64,000 nucleotides of DNA from positions 3,050 through 67,049 of the forward strand of contig CAZTEU010000003.1 of NCBI GenBank assembly GCA_964612105.1. The letters run 5' to 3'. Shown here piece after piece: positions 29,329 to 38,422 of the stretch. The stretch is from an uncultured Gammaproteobacteria bacterium (GTDB lineage: Bacteria > Patescibacteriota > Patescibacteriia > Magasanikbacterales > UBA922). The position numbers and the translations under genes are program-made. The number at the start of each line of letters is the position of its first letter. The first letter of the stretch is position 1. A model generated the notes under the pieces. The model did not search any database. It saw nothing but the letters and a program-made list of their open reading frames with translations, and was not told the origin of the DNA.

Positions 29329-30765
29329 ATGACTGACATAACAGATCGCGAAAAAATCCCTCCTCAGAATCTAGAAGCAGAGATGTCTTTACTAGGTTCA
29401 TTACTTGTGGATCCTAACAGCATGTTTAACATTGCAGATTCTGTGAGTGAAGATATTTTCTATAAAAAAGCTCATTCTCAAATCTTCGAAACAATAAGAG
29501 AACTATACAACAAGAACCAACCAATAGATGTTCTTACTGTTGGTAATCGTTTAGAAGAGAAAGAGCTCATAGAAGCTGTAGGAGGAAGAGCATATCTTGT
29601 ACAACTATCCAACAGTGTACCAACAGCTTCCCATATTAAACATTACGCAAAAATAGTAGACAGAAAAGCTACACTAAGAAAATTGCTGAGTGCAGCCCAA
29701 GAAATCAGCGCACTTGGTTATGATGAACAGAACGATAATATCGATGATATTCTAGACAATGCTCAGCAACAGATATATGGAGTTACACAAAAGCACTTAC
29801 GTAGAACATTTACACCAATTCGCAATGTTCTTAACGATGCTTTCGAACGTATAGATGAGCTACATCGCGAGAAAGGAAAGATGCGTGGAGTTGCAACCGG
29901 TTTCGATAAACTAGACAACCTCCTTTCTGGTTTACAGAAATCAGACTTAGTAATCCTTGCTGCCAGGCCATCCGTAGGTAAAACATCTTTCGCACTAGAT
30001 ATTGTCCGTAATGCTGCACTACGCTCAAGCATACCTGTAGGGTTCTTCTCTTTGGAGATGAGCAAAGAACAACTAGTAGACCGTCTGCTTTGTGCAGAAG
30101 CAGGAGTAGACTTATGGAAGTTACGTACAGGAAATCTGTCAGATAAGCCGGGAAGTGAGGACTTTCCAAGAATAGGTCATGCAATGGGAACTCTCTCTGA
30201 GGCAAAAATTTTTATAGACGATACTCCTGGTAACACAGTTATGCAGATTCGTGCAAAAGCAAGAAGACTGCAGGCAGAACATGGTCTTGGTATGGTTGTA
30301 ATAGACTATATGCAACTAATGGAATCCCCTGGCTCTAAGTGGTCAAATAATCGTGTGCAAGAAGTGGCAGAAATGAGTCGTGGACTAAAAGGTCTTGCCC
30401 GTGAACTAAACGTGCCTGTACTTGCTCTCTCACAGCTATCTCGTGCCGTAGAAAACACAAAACCAGCAATACCAAAACTTGCACATTTACGAGAATCTGG
30501 TAGTATTGAGCAAGACGCAGATGTCGTTATGTTCATATACCGCAAGGCTGCAGATCGTAATTACCGCATAGAAGACGTGGCACCAGATGAACGACATATT
30601 GCAGAAATTCACATAGCAAAACATCGTAATGGACCAACCGGCCAGGTAAAACTATTCTTCGAAGAAACTCGCGCAAGCTTCCAAAACCTAGACATGGCTC
30701 ATAACACGTCACAACCACCTGCACAAAGCTCACCAAAACCAACAACATCTATTCCTTCATTTTAA
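29329..30765 (+). CDS. dnaB: replicative DNA helicase
   Basis: N-terminal DnaB domain (PPQNLEAEMSLLGSLL), Walker A GARPSVGKTSFAL and Walker B (VVIDYMQLM) of the RecA-like core. Confidence 0.93.
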   Translation: MTDITDREKIPPQNLEAEMSLLGSLLVDPNSMFNIADSVSEDIFYKKAHSQIFETIRELYNKNQPIDVLTVGNRLEEKELIEAVGGRAYLVQLSNSVPTASHIKHYAKIVDRKATLRKLLSAAQEISALGYDEQNDNIDDILDNAQQQIYGVTQKHLRRTFTPIRNVLNDAFERIDELHREKGKMRGVATGFDKLDNLLSGLQKSDLVILAARPSVGKTSFALDIVRNAALRSSIPVGFFSLEMSKEQLVDRLLCAEAGVDLWKLRTGNLSDKPGSEDFPRIGHAMGTLSEAKIFIDDTPGNTVMQIRAKARRLQAEHGLGMVVIDYMQLMESPGSKWSNNRVQEVAEMSRGLKGLARELNVPVLALSQLSRAVENTKPAIPKLAHLRESGSIEQDADVVMFIYRKAADRNYRIEDVAPDERHIAEIHIAKHRNGPTGQVKLFFEETRASFQNLDMAHNTSQPPAQSSPKPTTSIPSF

Positions 30766-30773
30766 TAATACAT

Positions 30774-31073
30774 ATGTTCAACAAACTAAAACAATTCAAA
30801 GACCTGCGCTCACAAGCAAAGAGCATGCAGTCAGAGCTAGCAAAGGAAAAAATAACATCATCATCTGGTGGAGTTTCAATAACCCTAGACGGAAACATAG
30901 CTATGACAGACATAAGTATAGACGCAGACTTGCTAAATCCAGACAAAAAGAATAAATTAGAAGAAGCCATTAAGGAGTCTCATAAAGACGCACTAAAGAA
31001 AATACAAAGAACAATGGCTATGAAAATGAAAGAAATGGGGGGGCTCCCACAAATACCGGGGCTGAATGCCTAA
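30774..31073 (+). CDS. ybaB: nucleoid-associated protein YbaB/EbfC
   Basis: 99 aa with the YbaB pattern (MQSELAKEKITSSSGGVSITLDGN...), in the conserved dnaX/dnaB-ybaB-recR context. Confidence 0.85.
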   Translation: MFNKLKQFKDLRSQAKSMQSELAKEKITSSSGGVSITLDGNIAMTDISIDADLLNPDKKNKLEEAIKESHKDALKKIQRTMAMKMKEMGGLPQIPGLNA

Positions 31074-31076
31074 TCC

Positions 31077-31679
31077 ATGTACGCAAGACCAATTCAACAA
31101 CTAATAGATGCGCTCACCAAGCTCCCGTCCGTTGGGCAGCGTACGGCTGAGCGCTTTGTTTTTTACCTACTAAAATCCGGAAAAAAAGACGTAGGTCATC
31201 TTACCGTCTCACTAAAACAACTAATAGACGAAGTAAAGAGCTGTGAAACATGTTGGGACTTCTCCGACTCATCCCCCTGCTATATTTGTAAAAATACAGC
31301 ACGTAACAACAACACAATCTGTGTTATTGCAGAGCATCAGGACTTGCAGACAATAGAAAGGACAGGAACATATTCCGGCCTGTACCATGTATTGCGTGGA
31401 TTAATACGTCCAGAAAGAGAAGACGATATGAGATTCCTTAAGATAAAAGAATTATTAAAACGAGCAAAAGATAAACAAACAAAAGAAGTAATACTAGCAC
31501 TCAGTCCAGATATGCCTGGAGAAACAACTATGATGTTCCTAGAAAGAAAACTGAGCGAAATAAACCCAGAACTAAAGATTACACGCCTAGCACGTGGACT
31601 ACCCATGGGCTCTGACCTGCAGTACGCCGATGAAACCACACTATCCAGCGCACTAAAGCACAGGACGAGTTATAGGTAG
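31077..31679 (+). CDS. recR: recombination protein RecR
   Basis: HhH (LPSVGQRTAERFVFYLL), C4 zinc finger (CETC...CYIC) and Toprim (ICVIAEHQDL...GLYHVLRGLI). Confidence 0.92.
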   Translation: MYARPIQQLIDALTKLPSVGQRTAERFVFYLLKSGKKDVGHLTVSLKQLIDEVKSCETCWDFSDSSPCYICKNTARNNNTICVIAEHQDLQTIERTGTYSGLYHVLRGLIRPEREDDMRFLKIKELLKRAKDKQTKEVILALSPDMPGETTMMFLERKLSEINPELKITRLARGLPMGSDLQYADETTLSSALKHRTSYR

Positions 31680-31875
31680 TGTGAATAGGTAGACTAATGT
31701 ATTGTTATTTCATATAACTAAGTATGTACGGTTCCGAAAATATGACTTATTAAATTTTTAGGGGTTGTCATATTTTCTCCACACAAATTTTTGTCCTTTA
31801 TTATTGCAAATGGAGGACAAAAACTTCGTACATACAAGACGTTAGCTGAAATATTAACTCACACCAACAAAAAAA

Positions 31876-31925
31876 CCTCCGTTGTACGGAGATTTTTTAT
31901 AATTAGATTATGATGCTATTTTGAC
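31876..31925. repeat. copy A of duplicated module: A-run + hairpin (CTCCG-ttgta-CGGAG) + T6 + ATTATGATGCTATTTTGAC (relic of rplU 3' coding tail)
   Basis: The 19-mer at 31907..31925 matches 32300..32318 at 18 of 19 positions. On the reverse strand it would encode ...VKIAS*, the L21 C-terminus, with no gene attached. A terminator-like hairpin precedes it, as in copy B. Confidence 0.6.
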
Positions 31926-31987
31926 TTTTTATTATAATTAGAGTATCTTATACTAAAATTAATAATTAATCATATAAGAAAAACTGT

Positions 31988-32242
31988 ATGCCAAATCCAG
32001 AAAGTGGTCAAAACCCTGACTTGAGTAAAGAGGGTATGTCTCTTGATTTAACACCTAGAGAAAAAGAAATTCTAACCAAAGAGCTAGATCGTTCCATAAA
32101 TCCAAAACAAGGTGGATTGGGACTCCAATACGCAATAGAGCTTTTTGATTTGTACGAAAAGGTTGCTGGACAAAAACACCCAAAGGATGATGGAGAGTTG
32201 AGAAAGCAGGCAGATACTGCTCGACTCAGTGATGATAGTTAA
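31988..32242 (+). CDS. small hypothetical protein (84 aa) located between the two repeat copies
   Basis: ORF with an acidic C-terminus and no recognisable domain, flanked by duplicated terminator/rplU-tail modules. Confidence 0.35.
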   Translation: MPNPESGQNPDLSKEGMSLDLTPREKEILTKELDRSINPKQGGLGLQYAIELFDLYEKVAGQKHPKDDGELRKQADTARLSDDS

Positions 32243-32276
32243 TATGACTAATTGCTGAAGATTGTACAACCAAAAA

Positions 32277-32318
32277 CCCCGCTTTACAGCGGGGTTTTTA
32301 TTATGATGCTATTTTAAC
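32277..32318. repeat. copy B of duplicated module: bidirectional terminator (CCCCGC-tttaca-GCGGGG + T5) abutting the genuine rplU 3' end (ATTATGATGCTATTTTAAC)
   Basis: Hairpin and T-run seen directly. It terminates both the small + ORF and, on the other strand, rplU. Confidence 0.65.
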
Positions 32319-32609
32319 CTTTGTCTTGTGTTGACGGTGTCCAATTACACGTTTGTATCTAGTTTTTCTTTTGTATTTAACAACACGTATTTTCTTGTCT
32401 CGTCCTTGTGACTCAACCTGTGCTGTAATTGTTACTCCTTCTAGATATGGTGTACCTATCTTTACATCTGTACCATCGTCTTTAGCAGTAAGTAGTACTT
32501 TATCAAAAACAACGTCTTCACCAGCTTCTCCCTTAATCTTCTCAATCTTAAGGGCATCACCGGTTTTTACTAGGTATTGTTTTCCACCTGTTTGAATAAC
32601 AGCTTGCAT
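32301..32609 (-). CDS. rplU: 50S ribosomal protein L21
   Basis: MQAVIQTGGKQYLVKTGD...KVLLTAKDDG...VKYKRKTRYKRVIGHRQHKTKVKI is canonical L21. Confidence 0.93.
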   Translation of the reverse strand: MQAVIQTGGKQYLVKTGDALKIEKIKGEAGEDVVFDKVLLTAKDDGTDVKIGTPYLEGVTITAQVESQGRDKKIRVVKYKRKTRYKRVIGHRQHKTKVKIAS

Positions 32610-32668
32610 AAGCGTTCTTTTAATTAGTGTGGCAAGAGTATAACATTAGCTCTTTAGGAAGTCAAGCC

Positions 32669-34675
32669 CTAGTCTGTTAGTAGAATAGGGTCAGATATGC
32701 CTGTATTCCACTCCCCAATACGCCGTATTTGCCCAGAAAATACCCTTATTTCGTCTTTTTTGGCTAATATCAGGTCATCCGCACTATCTCCGTCATAATC
32801 CCCTACAGAGACAGATATACCCCCTCTGTGACTTGGGTCAAAACCCCAGAATCTACGTAGCTGTTCTCCATCCAGGTTATATGTAGCAACCCATGGACCA
32901 TCTTGCTGCCCACCAACTATTACAAGCTCCTGCACTCCATTTCCATCCACATCTCCGCTGTCTAATCTAGGGGTGCGCAGGAAATCTATGGTAAAATCCT
33001 TGGTTCTTGACATTGAACTATCGTACTGAGAGATTTTGGACTGTTTCTTGCCATATTTTGCTACCACTACAGTTTTTTGGGTGTTACTTAGTCCAATAAG
33101 AGATAAGTCTGTACCCATATGGGTAGTGCTATCTTTTGCACTACCTAACTCTTCTCCAGATAGTGTGTACACTGAATACACAGTCTTGCTGGAGTATTTT
33201 GGTGATAATATAACCTCTATATCACTATCTCCCTGCACGTCCCCTGCTTCTATATTTACCAATCCTCTGGATTTAGCTATCCAAGAATACTTGTTAGTCC
33301 AGCTGGAATCGTATATGTCTATCTGTGAACTACTTCGTGAGATTTTTCTTGCTGTTGCATAGTATCGCAGGCCGTCTGACATAAACGATGTTATATCATC
33401 TACTCCTTTGAGAAGATTTAGTCCTGGAACAGCTCCGGAAGTTAGTTTTCCATTTTCTACGTGTGCTTGTCCGCTTGTTGGATTAATTGCCCACACACGT
33501 TCCACTTTTGTTGTTGTTCCTAGCTGTGAAAGTGCATAACGAACAGCCTTATCCACTTGTAGCAGTCCTGCTCCATATACAAGTGCGTATTCTTCTTCAT
33601 TATCCGGTGGTGTTTTATGGACAGTGCTTAGTATGGTGTTAAATATCTCTATTGGTCCCCATGTTGGTTGTATTCCTTTTATCAGTGCGGCTGCTCCAGA
33701 GATTAATGGTGTCGCAAATGATGTTCCACGCCAACCTTCGTAATAACGATCTGGAAGGTTGTGTTTTGTAGAGAAACGACCAATACTGTTTATCTCTTCT
33801 GCAGGGGCTGTAATGTCTATACATGTACTTCCTAGATTTGAAAATATTGATCTGTAATGGTTCTTTGCTATTCCACTAATACCTAAGACTTTTTCTGTTG
33901 AACCTGAAGCGTCTGCACATATTGGATAGAAAGGGGTTCCATCTAGGTTAATACTGCTGTTTCCTGCGGCAGCAATAACAGTTACTCCCCTATCGTAGGC
34001 ATAATTAATTGCTTCCTCAACTTCTATCACAGAATCTACACCAACTAGTGAGATGTTAATTATATCTGCTCCGTTGTCCACAGCATAGTAGATTGCATCT
34101 GGAATATAGAAGATTGTACCTACTCCACCATTATCTATTACTTTTAGGTTCATTAGTCTTACATTCCAGGCAATTCCTGTTCCATCTATTTCGTTATCAC
34201 CTTTTGCACCAATAATTCCAGCGACTGCGGTTCCATGATGGAATCTACCACCTTTAATTTCGTCTTGTGTAAGACTATCTACAGGTGGTCGTGGATTATT
34301 ATTTCCTTTGTACTCTTGTTCATCCATATATCCATCACCATTGGTATCTTCTGGAACAAAATTCCAACCCCATATATCATCAATAAAACCATTCATGTCA
34401 TCATCTATTCCATTTCCACGAACTTCCCCTTTGTTTATCCAAATATTATCAACCAGGTCTGGATGAAAAGTATCAAAGCCATTATCTATTACAGCGACTA
34501 TGACCTCTTTAGAGCCTGTGGTGTAATCCCAGGCTTCGTAAGCTCTTATATCTTCGTATGCCCACTGTTTAGCGTTTGGGTCGTTTGGAATGCGTGCTGA
34601 CGTAATTTGTGGAAATAAAAATAGCCCACAAAGTGCAATATATATAATAGGTTTCATATTCTTATAATGATTCAA
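32669..34675 (-). CDS. secreted subtilisin-like serine protease (peptidase S8) with C-terminal FG-GAP/VCBS-like repeat region
   Basis: Signal peptide. Catalytic triad motifs VAVIDNGFD (Asp), HGTAVAGII (His) and GTSFATPLISGAAAL (Ser). The C-terminal ~250 aa carry DGDGxxD-type repeats. Confidence 0.85.
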   Translation of the reverse strand: MNHYKNMKPIIYIALCGLFLFPQITSARIPNDPNAKQWAYEDIRAYEAWDYTTGSKEVIVAVIDNGFDTFHPDLVDNIWINKGEVRGNGIDDDMNGFIDDIWGWNFVPEDTNGDGYMDEQEYKGNNNPRPPVDSLTQDEIKGGRFHHGTAVAGIIGAKGDNEIDGTGIAWNVRLMNLKVIDNGGVGTIFYIPDAIYYAVDNGADIINISLVGVDSVIEVEEAINYAYDRGVTVIAAAGNSSINLDGTPFYPICADASGSTEKVLGISGIAKNHYRSIFSNLGSTCIDITAPAEEINSIGRFSTKHNLPDRYYEGWRGTSFATPLISGAAALIKGIQPTWGPIEIFNTILSTVHKTPPDNEEEYALVYGAGLLQVDKAVRYALSQLGTTTKVERVWAINPTSGQAHVENGKLTSGAVPGLNLLKGVDDITSFMSDGLRYYATARKISRSSSQIDIYDSSWTNKYSWIAKSRGLVNIEAGDVQGDSDIEVILSPKYSSKTVYSVYTLSGEELGSAKDSTTHMGTDLSLIGLSNTQKTVVVAKYGKKQSKISQYDSSMSRTKDFTIDFLRTPRLDSGDVDGNGVQELVIVGGQQDGPWVATYNLDGEQLRRFWGFDPSHRGGISVSVGDYDGDSADDLILAKKDEIRVFSGQIRRIGEWNTGISDPILLTD

Positions 34676-36071
34676 AAGAGTTGTTTATATAGTTATTAGG
34701 TCTCGCAGTATCGTGAACTCCGAGGGACTGGTCGACTGATATATTATATGAGTTTTCAATTATAAACAAGTCCCATCCATCTGTTGCTCCATGAGGGTAA
34801 ATATATGTTCCATCTGGAATGCTATCTAAGGTGCCTGTTCCAACTGGAGAAAAACCTTTCTTTACCTCATCACCATCCTTGTAAGAGTCGCCGTCTGTGT
34901 CTGATTTAATTGGATTACTGCGCCAGTAATATATCTCCTCATAGTCTGTTAGACCATCACCGTCTGTATCATCTTTACTATCTGATGAGCCCTGCTCTAT
35001 TTCCATTGATTTTCTTACACCGTCGTGGTCTCCATCATAAACATTTTCTGAAGCCTTTGCTACACTAAATCCACGTACTGAATAAAAATTACTTTCTAGA
35101 AAATCCAGGGTTATTACTCTCTCTTTCCAATCATGGCCGTATAATATTGAAGCTTCTGCATCTGATCTTAGCGGACGAAGGTGACACCCTGGCTCTGGAG
35201 CATATACACGTGAAACGCCCTTAAACTTCACCAGCCATGTTCCAGCTTTAACACACATTGGATTTCCTATTTGATACTGCTTAACAAGTGTAGGACTAAT
35301 TACTTCTACACTATCAAAATCACTATACCAAGTGTGATATGTTGCCAGATTTGTAAATGGGTGGAGTTTTCCGTCAAAACCAACGTAGTATATAGGGCTA
35401 TTACTTGTACGTACTACAGACATTGCATCTAACTCTGGATCCTGGGCTGTGAATTCTATGGTTCTTTCTACTATCTCTGTCTTTCCATTTCCATCCTTAA
35501 ACTCAACATACACAGTCTTTGTGCCAGCACCCTCACTTAATACCCACTCTAGGCTGTCTGTAACTGCCTGATATTCTATCCCATTAAGATCTGGGTTATT
35601 ACTTATAGCCATAAGCTCCACACCAGTTGAGTATTCGAAAGTAAGAACTACATTACGAGAATCTGTCTTCTTATTATCCCCATTAATGTGGAAATCTACA
35701 TTTCTATGTTCTGGAACAGATAAAACAATCTGATCGGAAAATATCTTTGTCTCATTTCCTTTATTACTCTTGAACTTAACATAAACTGTGTGTGTTCCAT
35801 TTCCAAATGGAAGTTTCCACTGTTTGGATGTTTTGTATTGTTCCCAAACTGCACCATCAAAAGATATATTGTTAGCTACTGACATTTGGAAGTCCATTCC
35901 AGTTGGTGCATTAAAAAACAGCGTAACTAATCTATGTTTAGTTACTGAGCCATATTGATTAATTTGTATGCGACCAGTTATGGCACTCGTACTAGATAAA
36001 TCAAAAACAAGAAAAGTGGCAAAAACCAGTATTACCACACTGAGGGCAATTATGAGTTGATTTTTTCGCAT
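34662..36071 (-). CDS. membrane-anchored secreted protein with thrombospondin type 3-like Ca2+-binding repeats
   Basis: N-terminal TM/signal anchor and Ig-like beta-rich regions, then DTDGDGLTDYEE / DTDGDSYKDGDE repeats (DxDxDGxxDxxE). Overlaps the S8 gene by 14 bp. Likely start is the Met at 36071. Confidence 0.5.
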   Translation of the reverse strand: MRKNQLIIALSVVILVFATFLVFDLSSTSAITGRIQINQYGSVTKHRLVTLFFNAPTGMDFQMSVANNISFDGAVWEQYKTSKQWKLPFGNGTHTVYVKFKSNKGNETKIFSDQIVLSVPEHRNVDFHINGDNKKTDSRNVVLTFEYSTGVELMAISNNPDLNGIEYQAVTDSLEWVLSEGAGTKTVYVEFKDGNGKTEIVERTIEFTAQDPELDAMSVVRTSNSPIYYVGFDGKLHPFTNLATYHTWYSDFDSVEVISPTLVKQYQIGNPMCVKAGTWLVKFKGVSRVYAPEPGCHLRPLRSDAEASILYGHDWKERVITLDFLESNFYSVRGFSVAKASENVYDGDHDGVRKSMEIEQGSSDSKDDTDGDGLTDYEEIYYWRSNPIKSDTDGDSYKDGDEVKKGFSPVGTGTLDSIPDGTYIYPHGATDGWDLFIIENSYNISVDQSLGVHDTARPNNYINNSFESL

Positions 36072-36106
36072 AGTTATGCTATAAACATATACAGTATACA
36101 TTACTT

Positions 36107-37499
36107 TATGCATTTTGTGTATCGACTAAAACAGCTAATCCTAATATCCGGAGACCTGGGTAGTTTTTTTATTGGCCTGTGGCTTGCTTTGTCTATAAGA
36201 AATCTAAGCACTCCTTCCGCAGAATACTACATAGAGCACCTACCTCAATTTATATGGATATTTTTATTCTGGGTCATTGTTAACTTTATTAACGGTATTT
36301 TTGATCTTGCAAAGGTTAGACACACGTTTGCATTCTACAGAAGATTTATTGAGACAGCTGTTGCATCCCTTCTCGTTGGTGTAATATTTTTCTACGTTGT
36401 GCCAATTACTATTCTCACCCCTAAAACCATATTGCTATTAACAGTACTGTTTGGATATGGATCTAGTCTACTCTGGAGAATATTCTATATTCATGCGTTT
36501 GGAAAACACAGATTACAGACTAAGATACTATTTGTAGGATATAAAAAAGAGGTTGGTGAGCTGATTGATATAATAAAAGCTCAACCAGAACAAGGTTATG
36601 TGTGCGGTGCCGTTATAGACCCAGATAATATTGTAAATTCTAATGATATAAATGGTGCAGAGCTATATCACACATTAAAAACAATAAGACCTGCAATATC
36701 TACTCACGATATTAAACTAGTGGTTATTGCACCTCATCTGAGAGAAGATGAGGATACACTTAGAGAATTGTATGAACTACTTTTCTGGTCTGTACAAGTA
36801 ACAGACTTATCATCTTTTTACCAACTAATTACAGGCAGAATACCACCTTCCACTTTTTCTGAGGGTTGGTTTTTAGATCATCTAAAGAATCACACCCAAC
36901 CAGCATATAATTCAATAAGAAGGATTTCTGATTATATTGGTGGGGTAATATTATCTATTACTTTTTTATTGCTATTTATTCCAATTGCAATTGCTATTAA
37001 AGTAAACTCAAAAGGACCTGTCCTGTACACACAAAATAGGGTTGGAGAGAAAGGAAGAAAATTTAAGATATATAAATTCCGCTCAATGTACTCTCTTGGA
37101 GCAGATGGTGGCGCAGAAGTTGGAGATGTGCAATTTGCAAAAAAAGGAGACAAGCGTATTACAAAAGTTGGGGGTATATTAAGAAAAACAAGATTGGATG
37201 AACTACCTCAATTTATTAACCTTCTAAAAGGTGATGTTACTATTATTGGACCTCGCCCTGAAAGACCAGAAATTGTAGAGAAGCTGGAAGAAAAAATGCC
37301 ATATTACAATCTTAGGCACGTAATTAAACCTGGAATATCTGGGTGGGCACAGGTTAATCAGCATTATACAGATAATTTAGAAACCTCCTTGCAAAAGTTA
37401 CAGTATGATTTGTACTATATAAAAAATAGATCCTTTTTATTGGATCTATCAATCATGCTTAGGACAGTGAATGTTTTGTTCCGTTTAATGGGTCAATAG
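36107..37499 (+). CDS. undecaprenyl-phosphate sugar phosphotransferase (WbaP/CpsE-like bacterial sugar transferase; initiating enzyme)
   Basis: N-terminal TM helices. C-terminal Bac_transf motifs KGPVLYTQNRVGEKGRKFKIYKFRSM and DELPQFINLLKGDVTIIGPRPERPE. Confidence 0.85.
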
Positions 37500-37501
37500 A
37501 A

Positions 37502-38413
37502 CTAAAGGTTCCAATCTTCTTTAAGTTGTTTTATCCCATCTTCAAGAGAAATACTAGACTCCCAACCAAGGAGTTCTTTTGCTTTTGTATTGTCTGCACG
37601 AGAATATCTTGGATCTCCTTTGCGCTCTGGAATTGCTACGGTTTCACCACCTATAATTTCCGCCAACTGATTAACAGAGTGTGGATTACTGTTACCTATG
37701 TTAATAAATTCCCCACTACCAACCGTTTCTTTTTGCATTGCAAGTATATTTGCTCTCACAACATCCTTCACGTGAGTGTAATCGCGATAGTATTCACCAT
37801 CTCCACATATTGTGAGTGGTTCACCTTTGGATTTTTGTAACAAGAATTTTCCTATTACCAAAGCATAGGACCCCTCTGGATCCATATATGGTCCATATAT
37901 ATTAAAATAACACAAGGACACGGTCTCAAGCCCATACAATTCAAAGAACAGTCTGCAGTACTCCTGCCCAGCTAATTTCTGCAATGCATAGGGGCTTTTA
38001 GGGGCTTTTGGCATATCCTCTGTCAAAGCAACTTTTCCTTGAGAGCCACCGTATACTGATGAAGATGTACTGAATACAACCCTTTTTACCCCAGCATCTT
38101 TTGCTTCCATAAGAACATTAAGAGTGCCGTTTATATTATGGTCGTTTGTCTCGTCTGGATGTTCTACAGAATATGGGACACGCGGAACAGCTGCTAGATG
38201 AAATACACCATCAATTCCCTGCATTACTTCCTTAAGCTTGTTTACATCCCTAATATCACCCTCAACATACTCAGCACCATCTTGGAATCTCTCTTCCTTT
38301 TTCCCAGAAATATAACTATCTATCACACGGACAGAGTGTCCGTCAGACAATAGTTGCTTAACTATGTTTGTACCGATGAAGCCTGCCCCACCGGTAACTA
38401 GGTAATGAGACAT
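37502..38413 (-). CDS. NAD-dependent sugar-nucleotide epimerase/dehydratase (extended SDR; UDP-hexose 4-epimerase / UDP-glucuronate decarboxylase-like)
   Basis: TGGAGFIGTN Rossmann motif, catalytic YxxxK (YALQKLAGQ); 303 aa. Confidence 0.85.
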   Translation of the reverse strand: MSHYLVTGGAGFIGTNIVKQLLSDGHSVRVIDSYISGKKEERFQDGAEYVEGDIRDVNKLKEVMQGIDGVFHLAAVPRVPYSVEHPDETNDHNINGTLNVLMEAKDAGVKRVVFSTSSSVYGGSQGKVALTEDMPKAPKSPYALQKLAGQEYCRLFFELYGLETVSLCYFNIYGPYMDPEGSYALVIGKFLLQKSKGEPLTICGDGEYYRDYTHVKDVVRANILAMQKETVGSGEFINIGNSNPHSVNQLAEIIGGETVAIPERKGDPRYSRADNTKAKELLGWESSISLEDGIKQLKEDWNL

Positions 38414-38422
38414 AAATGGGGA

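Noticed and set aside
31680-31987. SRP (4.5S) RNA downstream of the ybaB-recR block, as in Firmicutes dnaX context
   Set aside because: No domain-IV consensus (AGGUCCGGAAGGAAGCAGC-like) on either strand; the region is AT-rich with only short hairpins.
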